From an uncultured Aminicenantes bacterium (lineage in GTDB: Bacteria > Acidobacteriota > Aminicenantia > UBA2199), in the NCBI GenBank assembly GCA_965195285.1, contig CBDAFS010000062.1, forward strand, positions 128,001 through 192,000: 64,000 nucleotides of DNA, read 5' to 3'. Shown piece by piece: positions 27,993-37,368 of this stretch (its first letter is position 1; the number at the start of each line of letters is the position of its first letter). Below the pieces are notes generated by a model. It was not told the origin of the DNA and ran no database searches. It saw nothing but the letters and a program-made list of their open reading frames with translations. Position numbers and translations under genes: made by a program.

Positions 27993-30637
27993 GAAATTCA
28001 GAAATCAGAGAAATATTTTTCTCGTTTTTTGACCAAAACAAACATTACCGGGTGTTTTCTTCTCCCCTGATCCCAGCCAAAGACCCGACCCTTTTATTCA
28101 CCAACGCCGGCATGAATCAATTCAAAGATGTCTTTCTCGGCCTGGAAACCCGGGATTACAAGCGAGCAATCAGCATCCAGAAATGCATGCGGGTTTCCGG
28201 GAAGCACAATGATTTCAACGAGGTGGGAAAAACCGAATATCACCATACTTTTTTTGAAATGCTGGGAAATTTCTCTTTTGGGAATTACTTCAAAGAAAAA
28301 GCCATTGAATACGCCTGGGAATTGCTCACCCAGCATTATCACTTCAATCCTGACGATTTATGGGTTTCAATTTTCAAACAGGATGATGAGGCATTTAAAA
28401 TCTGGGAGCAACAGATCGGGGTTCCGTCCCGTAAAATAATCAGACTTGACGAAAAAGATAACTTCTGGCAGATGGGAGAAACCGGACCCTGCGGTCCCTG
28501 CTCCGAAATTCATTTTGACAAGGGAGAGCAGCATGGCCCGGTTAATTCTCTTGAAAACGGAAATCGTTTTGTTGAAATCTGGAACCTGGTCTTCATGCAA
28601 TACAACCGGAACAAAGACGGAAAACTCAATCCCCTTTCGGCCCCGTCAATTGATACCGGAATGGGAATGGAACGGCTGACCTCTTTGCTTCAAAATGTCG
28701 ACAGCAATTACCAGACAGATCTGTTTAAACCCATCATCGATTTTACAGCTGAAATGTGCGGCATTCATCCGGATGACAAAACCAGTCAAGTAGACTTTAA
28801 AGTCATTGCCGATCATATCCGGGCCCTTTCATTTCTCATTTCCGATGGCGTGCTTCCTGCCAACACCGGCCGGGGATATGTGTTGAGACGGTTGCTCAGA
28901 AGAGCCTCCAAACATGGAAAATTACTGGGATTTTCCAAACCGTTTCTCTATAAAATCAGCCTCAGCGTCATCGAAACCATGAAGGCATTTTATCCCGAAC
29001 TGGAATACAACCGGGGTTTTATTTCTGAAGTCATTCTGGCCGAAGAAGAGAGGTTTAACCAAACCCTGTTAAATGGCCTCAAGAAATTCGAAGAATGCCT
29101 GGAAAAGGCCCTGGCCAGCAAACAGAAAACCATCTCCGGTACCGAGCTATTCAAACTCTCCGACACCTATGGATTTCCCCTGGATTTCGCCATTGACTTG
29201 GCCACGGAACGGGATGTGTTGATCGACTTCCCCGGTTTTCAGCAAGAACTGGAAAACCAGAGAAAAAAATCCAGACTGGATTTGGATCAAAAGAAAAAAT
29301 CCGGAAAGACTTTTGAGAATGTCGAAAAATTCAAATCGATTTTCACCGGCTACTCCGGTTTAATTGACCAGGGAACCTTACTGGCAATCTATACGGCATC
29401 CGAAAATCCGAACCACTATCAGGCAATATCCCAGATTGAAAAAAGTAAAACCCCTTCCGACCCCGGAGATATCCTGCTGATATTTGACCGAACCCCATTC
29501 TACCCCGAATCGGGCGGACAGGTCGGGGACACCGGAAATGGAAAAAATGAGAATGTGTATATCGAAATAAATGACACCCAGAAACTCGACCGAGGAACCA
29601 TCGTCCATTTTGCCAGAATAAAAAAGGGGAAATTAAAATCGGGGGACAGACTCATGCTGTCGGTACACCCGGGGAAACGGAAGCATACTGCTATCCACCA
29701 CTCTGCCACCCATTTGCTCCACTATTCACTGAGGGAAGTTCTGGGACTTCATGTCAGGCAAGCCGGATCCTATGTGGGCCCGGACAAGTTACGATTCGAT
29801 TTTACCCATTTTAAACCGGTATCGCAGGCAGAGTTAAAAAAAGTTGAGGTCATTGTCAACCAGAAGATCAGGGAGAATTTACCATTGGAAACCGAAGACA
29901 TGAAATATGAAATGGCTATTGAAAAAGGCGCAATTGCCCTATTTGAAGAAAAATATTCGGATTCCGTAAGGGTAATATCCATCGGAGACACCTCCATGGA
30001 GTTGTGCGGGGGTACCCACATTCAGAATACGGGAGAAATCGGTTTATTTAAAATAATTTCCGAATCATCCATTTCCTCGGGAATCAGAAGGATTGAAGCC
30101 ATCGGAGGTGATACCGCTTTCTTATTTATACAGGAAAGTTTGGAAACCCTCAACAAAATCCAACATCATTTCAACCAGCGCCAGGAAAACCTATTGGATT
30201 TCCTGATTCAGACGGATAAGACTTTAAAGGAAAAGGATAAACAATTGCAAAAAATGGATAAAGTCGACCGGGAAAAAGAATCGGGAAAAATCATCGGCCA
30301 ACCCCAGTCAATCAATAACATAAAGACGATCGTGGAATATGTGGAAGACATCAATCACCAGCAGCTTCGCTCTTTGGCCGATAAAGTCAAAACAAAAAAC
30401 AAAGGGATATCAATTCTTTTATCCAACATCAACGGTAAATCGGCAATCATCGTATCCATATTTGAAAACCTGACCCGGAAAGCGGATGCCCGGATGCTCA
30501 TCAAGGAAATCGCCAGCCTGGTGGACGGGGATGGGGGTGGCCGGGTAGATTTTGCCCAGGCCGGTGGAAAGCCCATAGAAAACATTCCCAAACTAAAAAA
30601 GAATATCTCCGATATATTAAAAAAACACCTGACATGA
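27989..30637 (+). CDS. alaS: Alanine--tRNA ligase
   Basis: DPTLLFTNAGMNQFK, HHTFFEMLGNFS, editing-site HSATH and ELCGGTH, GGG...FAQAGG. Confidence 0.98.
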   Translation: MRNSEIREIFFSFFDQNKHYRVFSSPLIPAKDPTLLFTNAGMNQFKDVFLGLETRDYKRAISIQKCMRVSGKHNDFNEVGKTEYHHTFFEMLGNFSFGNYFKEKAIEYAWELLTQHYHFNPDDLWVSIFKQDDEAFKIWEQQIGVPSRKIIRLDEKDNFWQMGETGPCGPCSEIHFDKGEQHGPVNSLENGNRFVEIWNLVFMQYNRNKDGKLNPLSAPSIDTGMGMERLTSLLQNVDSNYQTDLFKPIIDFTAEMCGIHPDDKTSQVDFKVIADHIRALSFLISDGVLPANTGRGYVLRRLLRRASKHGKLLGFSKPFLYKISLSVIETMKAFYPELEYNRGFISEVILAEEERFNQTLLNGLKKFEECLEKALASKQKTISGTELFKLSDTYGFPLDFAIDLATERDVLIDFPGFQQELENQRKKSRLDLDQKKKSGKTFENVEKFKSIFTGYSGLIDQGTLLAIYTASENPNHYQAISQIEKSKTPSDPGDILLIFDRTPFYPESGGQVGDTGNGKNENVYIEINDTQKLDRGTIVHFARIKKGKLKSGDRLMLSVHPGKRKHTAIHHSATHLLHYSLREVLGLHVRQAGSYVGPDKLRFDFTHFKPVSQAELKKVEVIVNQKIRENLPLETEDMKYEMAIEKGAIALFEEKYSDSVRVISIGDTSMELCGGTHIQNTGEIGLFKIISESSISSGIRRIEAIGGDTAFLFIQESLETLNKIQHHFNQRQENLLDFLIQTDKTLKEKDKQLQKMDKVDREKESGKIIGQPQSINNIKTIVEYVEDINHQQLRSLADKVKTKNKGISILLSNINGKSAIIVSIFENLTRKADARMLIKEIASLVDGDGGGRVDFAQAGGKPIENIPKLKKNISDILKKHLT

Positions 30638-31308
30638 AAACCAAGACGATCTCGATTCTACTTTTTTTTGTCGCCATATCTCTCTGTGCAGAAATAGTCG
30701 TCAAATATGACAAGGATGGGAAAATTGTTGTTTCCAACAGACTGTCCAAATATGACAGCCGGAATCAAGTCAATTTTAAAAATTCATTCTACTCGCCTTC
30801 GATTCCCTCTTCGTATCTCCTGAAAATCAAAACGCTGTCCAAGGAGCATAAATTGCGAGAAGATTTAATCATTGCAGTGATAAAGGCCGAATCCAGTTTT
30901 AACCCCTATGCAGTCTCTAAAAAGGGCGCCATCGGTCTCATGCAACTCATGCCGGATACAGCCAGACAGTACGGAGTTACAAACAGATTTGATGTCAATC
31001 AAAATCTGAAGGGTGGTATCACCCACCTGAAATACCTGTACCGAAAATACAATAAAAATCTCCCGCTCACCCTGGCCGCCTACAATGCCGGTGAGAAAGC
31101 AGTCAAAAACCACAACGGAATCCCTCCTTACCGGGAAACCCATAATTATATAAAGCGAACCATGAAATATATGGGATTACATTACAGCGGTTACTTGAAA
31201 CCCAGACCGAGAAAAAAATTATTCAAATATATCACCAAAGAAGGGAGGATTGTCATAACCGACTTATTCCCCGCCAAATTCGACGGGAATGTGGAAATAA
31301 TCGAATAG
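30634..31308 (+). CDS. Lytic transglycosylase (SLT domain)
   Basis: AESSFNP, GAIGLMQL, LAAYNAG and PPYRET; signal peptide. Confidence 0.92.
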   Translation: MKTKTISILLFFVAISLCAEIVVKYDKDGKIVVSNRLSKYDSRNQVNFKNSFYSPSIPSSYLLKIKTLSKEHKLREDLIIAVIKAESSFNPYAVSKKGAIGLMQLMPDTARQYGVTNRFDVNQNLKGGITHLKYLYRKYNKNLPLTLAAYNAGEKAVKNHNGIPPYRETHNYIKRTMKYMGLHYSGYLKPRPRKKLFKYITKEGRIVITDLFPAKFDGNVEIIE

Positions 31309-31320
31309 GAATCTCCGATA

Positions 31321-31806
31321 ATGATAAAATTAAGATCTGCCAGAAAGAGTATTCTGCTAGGAGGGTTGCTTTCAGGAATACTATCCGTCATTCCCATCAT
31401 CAACTTATTCAATATCTTTTTCATGCTATGGATGGGAGTGGGAGGTCTGATCAGCATCTACCTGCTGAAAAAGGATACGCCTGCAATTCAAACCGCTGAT
31501 GCTGCTCTGGTCGGGGCCGCCAGCGGATTGACCGGTGGGATCATTTTCGTTTTGTTTTCTACCATCATGGTATTCAACATTTCAGAAGAGAAAATCGAAA
31601 ATGCATTGGCTAAAGTGGGTTCCCTGGCCTCACTGGTCGAAGAGGATATCCTGTCCCTGGTTCAAAATACAAATTTTAGAATGATGTTTTTCGGCGTGAT
31701 TGCCATTGGTTTTTGCTTCGCCATTATTTCCGGTTTAACCGGCGGACTGATCGGTAAATCCATTTTTTTCTCCAATAAAGACATAAAAAAGGAGGAACAG
31801 CCATGA
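31321..31806 (+). CDS. Hypothetical four-TM membrane protein
   Basis: Gly-rich hydrophobic helices; lies within the operon. Confidence 0.7.
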   Translation: MIKLRSARKSILLGGLLSGILSVIPIINLFNIFFMLWMGVGGLISIYLLKKDTPAIQTADAALVGAASGLTGGIIFVLFSTIMVFNISEEKIENALAKVGSLASLVEEDILSLVQNTNFRMMFFGVIAIGFCFAIISGLTGGLIGKSIFFSNKDIKKEEQP

Positions 31807-32735
31807 TAGCAGATAAAGTCCACATCATCGTCAATCCCTTTTCCGCCCGGGGGAAAACAGGGCAGCGCTGGAACACCATAAAAGATATTGTGAAAAACTA
31901 TTTCAAAGAATTCAAATACATCTTCACTGAAAAACCCCGGCAGGCCACCCAGATTGCCCGAGAAATACTCAAAGATGGTTTTGACCTGATTATCGGGGTG
32001 GGTGGAGATGGAACCCTGAATGAAATCACCAATGGCTTTTTCCAGCGCAATTCAAAGGCCACCATTAACGAAAACGCCTCACTGGGCATCATCCCTTCGG
32101 GAACAGGGTCCGATTTTATCCGTTTCATGAAAATCCCCCGGGATCTGAAAGAATCGGTGGAATTGATAAAAAATTCAAAATCCAAAAAAATTGATATCGG
32201 ACGAATCACCTACAATCCGGACACCACCCTTCAGAACCATCAATTTTTCATCAATATCGCTGATTTCGGATTGGGAGCCGAAGTGATTAAGAAACTAGCG
32301 GGTATTCCCTCGCTAAAACGGGGACCCCTTGCCTACTACAAGGGACTGTTGAAAACACTCGGGACCTACTCCAGCAAAATGGTAAAAGTTGTAATTGATG
32401 ATTCCAAAACCATTAAGGACAAATTTCTGATCGGCGCCATTGCCAACGGAGGGATATTCGGGGGGGGTATGATAATTGCCCCCGGGGCAGAACCCGATGA
32501 TGGATTTTTTGATCTGGTCCTGATCCAGGACATGAAAAAACTTGAAATCATTTCCAACACTCCTCATCTCTATCGAGGTACCATTGAAAAACATCCCAAG
32601 GCGATTATCCAGAGGGCAAAAAAAATTGAAATCACTTCTGATGAAACCGTTCATATTGAATATGACGGAGAAATGGGCAAAACACTCCCGGCCATATTTG
32701 AAATCATTGAAAGAAAGATCAATCTCAGAATTTGA
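31803..32735 (+). CDS. Diacylglycerol kinase family lipid kinase (YegS/BmrU-like)
   Basis: IVNP, GGDGTLNE, PSGTGSDF and DGE. Confidence 0.92.
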   Translation: MIADKVHIIVNPFSARGKTGQRWNTIKDIVKNYFKEFKYIFTEKPRQATQIAREILKDGFDLIIGVGGDGTLNEITNGFFQRNSKATINENASLGIIPSGTGSDFIRFMKIPRDLKESVELIKNSKSKKIDIGRITYNPDTTLQNHQFFINIADFGLGAEVIKKLAGIPSLKRGPLAYYKGLLKTLGTYSSKMVKVVIDDSKTIKDKFLIGAIANGGIFGGGMIIAPGAEPDDGFFDLVLIQDMKKLEIISNTPHLYRGTIEKHPKAIIQRAKKIEITSDETVHIEYDGEMGKTLPAIFEIIERKINLRI

Positions 32736-32779
32736 ACACGGTACCGGTTATGGAGTAACATAAACATTTAGGAGGAACA

Positions 32780-33961
32780 ATGACAACCAAATTGACTACC
32801 GCCATTGTCTTCATCAGTTTATTGATTTCCTGTCACCCTTCACAGGAAAAAATCGACTTTGAAACTTTCTCCAAAAGATTTTCGGATATTCAACAGAAAT
32901 ATAAGCAAAAAACCAAGCAGGTTCGTTCTCAAGATGAATATCAAGCATTGATTAAGGAAAAAAATAAAGAACTGGAAAAATTATTAGGTGCTGCCGAATC
33001 AGTCTCCACCAGCCATGAACGGGATATCCTGACCGCAAAAATATACCTTCAACTGAAAAGATTCAATGAGGCCGAACAACTGATCAATCCCCTGCTCACC
33101 CTAAAATCAAAATTTTCCAGCCAGATAAAAATGGCCCGTGTCCAGATTCTGATATCTCTGGATAAAAGTACCGACGCATTGAAAGTGTTCCGAGAGATCG
33201 AACCCCGCCTCAAGCGGGACCATGATTTCTTTTCTGCCAGCCTCTTTTTTGCCCTGAAAGCAAAAGAAACCGAAGTCCGTGAACAATATAGCACCAAATT
33301 GCTGGAATCAAAGGATATGCCGGATGAATTCAATGTATTCAAGGGTAGAATGTATTCCAGTTTGGCTGGAGCAGCCTATAAAAAAGGCAAACTCCCCGAA
33401 ACCAAAATGTATATGGAAAAGGCCCTGCAGGCAGCAAACCACCCCATGGAAAAACACTTTTTTCAAGCCCGCCTGTCCCAGCTCAATCTCATCGGTTCAG
33501 AGGCCCCTTCAATATCAGCAGAAACCTGGATCAATTCCCGCCCACTGACCCTGACCGGACTTCGGGGTAAAATCATTTTGATTGATTTCTGGGCCCCCTG
33601 GTGCACACCCTGCAGAAAAACCCTGCCCATGTTGACCGATCTTTATCAATCGTACCGAAAAAAAAATCTGGTCATCATCGGGTATACCAAATTATACGGA
33701 ATGTACCGGGATGATGTGGAGGAAAGGAATAAAGTCGATAAAGCAGAAGAATTGGCATTGATAGAAAAATTTATCAGGCGAAACAAAATCCCCTACCCCA
33801 TATCCATCTCTCATGAAGGCCAGGATTATGCAAAATATTTTGTGGCCGGAATCCCGGCCATTATATTGATCGATAAATCGGGCCGGGTCAATCATATTCA
33901 AATGGGAGCCGGCCAGGCCCCTTTTGTCAGAGAAAGAATCCTCCAATTATTGCAAAACTGA
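32780..33961 (+). CDS. TlpA-family disulfide reductase lipoprotein with TPR-like N-terminus
   Basis: Lipobox LISC; DFWAPWCTPC; GIP cis-Pro loop. Confidence 0.85.
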   Translation: MTTKLTTAIVFISLLISCHPSQEKIDFETFSKRFSDIQQKYKQKTKQVRSQDEYQALIKEKNKELEKLLGAAESVSTSHERDILTAKIYLQLKRFNEAEQLINPLLTLKSKFSSQIKMARVQILISLDKSTDALKVFREIEPRLKRDHDFFSASLFFALKAKETEVREQYSTKLLESKDMPDEFNVFKGRMYSSLAGAAYKKGKLPETKMYMEKALQAANHPMEKHFFQARLSQLNLIGSEAPSISAETWINSRPLTLTGLRGKIILIDFWAPWCTPCRKTLPMLTDLYQSYRKKNLVIIGYTKLYGMYRDDVEERNKVDKAEELALIEKFIRRNKIPYPISISHEGQDYAKYFVAGIPAIILIDKSGRVNHIQMGAGQAPFVRERILQLLQN

Positions 33962-33979
33962 AAAACAAGGAAAAATAAA

Positions 33980-34288
33980 ATGGAAACATTAAAATCGAAT
34001 GAGCTGGAAGGAAAGCTGCAAGCCTCGGAATTTGTCATCATCGATTTCAGTTCGCCCGGATGCGCCCCCTGTAAAAAAATCCCCCCCCTGATAGCTGAAG
34101 TACTGACCCGGATGGAAGGAGTGGATATCAACGCCTTTGAAGTCAATGTTGCCGATGAACCCGAAGCGGGTCAAAAAAACTTCATCCTGGGAGTGCCGAC
34201 TATTATTATTTTTAAAAACGGACAGGAGATTAGCCGTTTCAATTCGGTTCCCAAAATTGAAAAGATTATCCGGGCCATAAAGCCCTGA
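33980..34288 (+). CDS. Thioredoxin family protein
   Basis: DFSSPGCAPC and GVPT. Confidence 0.85.
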   Translation: METLKSNELEGKLQASEFVIIDFSSPGCAPCKKIPPLIAEVLTRMEGVDINAFEVNVADEPEAGQKNFILGVPTIIIFKNGQEISRFNSVPKIEKIIRAIKP

Positions 34289-34321
34289 ACCCGGCCTGGT
34301 CAATCAATCCGAACCCTCCAT

Positions 34322-34393
34322 GACATCATGATGTCCTCTTATCAGGACGTTTCAAGGGAAATCTCCCGGATTTCAAATGGCAATAAAATTGCA
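34322..34393 (+). promoter_or_regulatory. sigma54 (-24/-12) promoter with upstream palindromic sites
   Basis: TGGCAATAAAATTGCA at 34378-34393 (GG-N10-GC); palindromes GACATCATGATGTC (34322-34335) and GTCCT-N6-AGGAC (34333-34348). Confidence 0.6.
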
Positions 34394-34414
34394 TTCTGAA
34401 CTTCAGGAGATAAA

Positions 34415-35086
34415 ATGAAAAAAATAAATCTATGCATATTGATCATGCTAATCTTGTCGGGAATATCATCAGCTGACCAGGCCTTCAGTTTAAAAATTGG
34501 CTTGTTTCAACCCTCTCTCAGTTCTGATCTTTGGGATGTCAATGTGGAAAATCTCGCCTTCGGCAAACAGGACATGCTCGATCTGTATTACGGAGCCGAA
34601 TACGAGTTTTTTCTGGGTTCACGTTTTTCCATCTCTTTTAACGGCGGAACTTATAATAAAACCATATACAGTCAGTACAAGGATTGGGAATACGAGGACG
34701 GAAACCCGATTCTGCAAAACCTTTCACTCCGAATCACTTCTCTGGAGGCAAATCTGAAATTATATCCGGCCGGCCACAGGGGAAAGCTATACCCGTTTAT
34801 CGGGATCGGAGCCGGAATTTTTGCCTGGAGATATGCCCAGTGGGGCGATTTTATCAACTTCGAGGACTTGAGCGTCCAGGAAGGCTATGCGGAAACCAGC
34901 ACCTATACCCTGGGATTCAATGCCCTGGCCGGAATTGGTTTCAGGTTCAATCGTTCTTTCGGACTTTTTTTTGAAGCCAAGTACCAGTATTTAAAAGGCA
35001 AGCTATCCTCGTTCTTCGAAGGATTTGAAAAGCTGGATCTGAGCGGGTTGAAATACAACCTGGGATTTACATTCTTTTTTTGGTAA
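34415..35086 (+). CDS. Outer-membrane beta-barrel protein (OmpA/OmpW-like, 8-stranded)
   Basis: Signal peptide; YPFIGIGAG and FFEAKY strands; aromatic C-terminus. Confidence 0.8.
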   Translation: MKKINLCILIMLILSGISSADQAFSLKIGLFQPSLSSDLWDVNVENLAFGKQDMLDLYYGAEYEFFLGSRFSISFNGGTYNKTIYSQYKDWEYEDGNPILQNLSLRITSLEANLKLYPAGHRGKLYPFIGIGAGIFAWRYAQWGDFINFEDLSVQEGYAETSTYTLGFNALAGIGFRFNRSFGLFFEAKYQYLKGKLSSFFEGFEKLDLSGLKYNLGFTFFFW

Positions 35087-35192
35087 GTTCCTTTCAGCCG
35101 GCCTGAAATGATTTTTTTGGAAAATAAAACAATATAGGCTATAATTTAAAAAGACGATTTTCCGAAAAAATGAATTCGCCCAAGGAGGAGCA

Positions 35193-36116
35193 ATGAAAAA
35201 GATATTAATCAGTTTATCCATCGCTATTTCGATTTTGATGATAGCCGGATGTAGCCCCAAAAAAAATATAAATCAGGACACACGCTTTGATTCCTTTTTT
35301 GAAAAGGCAAGGTTAATCATGTCCAAAGAGGAACTGAGCATTTATAAACATCTGCCCGATCAGGTATCCAAAGAAGAATTCATAAAAGAATTCTGGGAGA
35401 AAAGGGACCCCACTCCGGAAACCGAAGAAAATGAAAACAAAATGGAATTCGAGGAACGAATTAAGTATGCCAATCGCTGGTTCAAAGAGGGGAAAGCAAA
35501 CAATTCCGGCTGGGATACAGAGAGAGGCAGAATCCTTCTCCAGCTGGGTTTCCCTGACCGGAGGGAATTCGGTGATTACACCCGCACCCATCCCATGACA
35601 GGAGCCCTGATCGGAACCAAAAGATACCCCATGGAGAGATGGTACTACTATCGGTATCAGTTGGGTTTGGTGTTTGTTGACATGGATGGCTTCGGAAAGT
35701 TGAGGTTATCCAGGGTTCCGGCTACACTGCTGACCGCCCTGGATATGGCCAAATTCACTCTGGACTTGAGAAACAAATCCGAACTTAAACGGGCCTTCAA
35801 GTTTGATGCGGATTTTAAGGACGAAAACATTATCATCGAGATCCCCGTGAAGAAACTCAGTTTTGAAGAGAATGAGGATCAGATGACTGTCAGATTCAAA
35901 ATCGATGTATATGTGTATCACAACTATCAAAAAATTGAAAAACTCACAGAAAATAAAACCGTAACCCGACCCAGGAAAGACGTATTGAAGACCAAAACCC
36001 TGGATTTCAAGATCGCCTACAAACCAGAGAAGAAAGGCACCTATTACTTTGACATTATTATAGAAGAGGTTCTCACTTTCTCAAAATACAGAAATTTTTG
36101 CAAATACAAGAAATAA
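35193..36116 (+). CDS. GWxTD-domain lipoprotein
   Basis: Lipobox IAGC; FW..RDP.P.T..NE and GWDTERG.I....G.PD. Confidence 0.88.
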   Translation: MKKILISLSIAISILMIAGCSPKKNINQDTRFDSFFEKARLIMSKEELSIYKHLPDQVSKEEFIKEFWEKRDPTPETEENENKMEFEERIKYANRWFKEGKANNSGWDTERGRILLQLGFPDRREFGDYTRTHPMTGALIGTKRYPMERWYYYRYQLGLVFVDMDGFGKLRLSRVPATLLTALDMAKFTLDLRNKSELKRAFKFDADFKDENIIIEIPVKKLSFEENEDQMTVRFKIDVYVYHNYQKIEKLTENKTVTRPRKDVLKTKTLDFKIAYKPEKKGTYYFDIIIEEVLTFSKYRNFCKYKK

Positions 36117-36153
36117 GAAAGCAGGTGGTTTTCAGCTTTCTCAGGAGAAGTTC

Positions 36154-37341
36154 ATGAAGAGGACCAACATCAACCTTTTTTTAATTTTAATTTACTTGAT
36201 TTCATTCAACGCTTGTTTACAGAACGAAAATGAAAACCGGGAAAGAGGGGATATAATCAGCTCCAACATGATCAATGCCTATTCCATAGCTGAAATCAGG
36301 CAGTTGTGGTCGAATTTAGGTATAGAATACGTAATTGGTCTTCGCTATCCCGTGGATGCTATTCGAATTGTTTATCAAACCGTGGATGTTAATGGCAATC
36401 CGGTCCAGGCATCGGGCGCATTTATGGTACCCGATGCAAACCTGAGTTTTCCCCTATTGAGCCTGCAACACGGCACGGAATCAAAGCGAAACCTGGTGGC
36501 TTCGGAAAGCCCCCTTAATTCAGTGGAAGGTGTTGCCGGGTTGTACATGTCTTCACTGGGATATTTAAGCTGCATCCCGGATTACCTGGGATTCGGAATA
36601 TCCACCCTCATGCATCCCTACTGTCACGCCCGGTCAAATGCCATCACTGCCATTGATTTCATTCGGGCCGCCCGGCAATATTGCAATGAAAATGGAATTG
36701 AATATAACAACCAGTTGTTTTTAACCGGATATTCCGAGGGTGGATATGTCACCCTGGCCCTGCAAAAAGAAATCGAACAAAATTATGCCGACGAAATCAA
36801 TATTACCGCGGTGGCTCCGATGGCCGGCCCATACGATCTATACGGCATGATTCGTGATGTGTTCAATAAATCCTCCTATATTGACCTGGGATATATCGGG
36901 TACCTTTTTACCGCCTATGATGAAATATATGACTGGAACCGCCTGAATGATTTCTTCAACTCTCCTTATGGGGATATGATGCCCAATTTGTATAATGGCT
37001 CACTGACCTGGGGACAAATTGTCAGCCAGCTCCCGGACCAATTCAATCAGCTGGTCAAAACCAGTTTCCGGAATGATTTTTTAAACGACAATGAACCAGA
37101 AATCAGCTCTGCATTCCAGCAAAACACACTCTTAAACTGGACACCCCGTGCTCCTATCCGCTTCTATCATGGCAATGCCGACCAGGTGGTTCCCTACCAA
37201 AATGCCCTGACAACGGTGAATAATTTAAGGAACAACGGAGGCACAAACATTTCCCTGATTACCATTCCCGGGGGAACACATGAAACAGCGGCTGCCGACT
37301 GTTTTATTGGAATGATACTCTGGTTTGATCAATTCAATTGA
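36154..37341 (+). CDS. Secreted alpha/beta-hydrolase (secretory lipase-like) lipoprotein
   Basis: QHGT, PDYLG, GYSEGG nucleophile elbow, HG.AD.VVP and late His. Confidence 0.85.
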   Translation: MKRTNINLFLILIYLISFNACLQNENENRERGDIISSNMINAYSIAEIRQLWSNLGIEYVIGLRYPVDAIRIVYQTVDVNGNPVQASGAFMVPDANLSFPLLSLQHGTESKRNLVASESPLNSVEGVAGLYMSSLGYLSCIPDYLGFGISTLMHPYCHARSNAITAIDFIRAARQYCNENGIEYNNQLFLTGYSEGGYVTLALQKEIEQNYADEINITAVAPMAGPYDLYGMIRDVFNKSSYIDLGYIGYLFTAYDEIYDWNRLNDFFNSPYGDMMPNLYNGSLTWGQIVSQLPDQFNQLVKTSFRNDFLNDNEPEISSAFQQNTLLNWTPRAPIRFYHGNADQVVPYQNALTTVNNLRNNGGTNISLITIPGGTHETAAADCFIGMILWFDQFN

Positions 37342-37368
37342 AACAGTTAATCATCCCGGGCCTCTCCA

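Noticed and set aside
32780-34288. Selenocysteine recoding in TlpA and the thioredoxins (also 60691-61011)
   Set aside because: All CxxC motifs are encoded by TGT/TGC with no in-frame TGA
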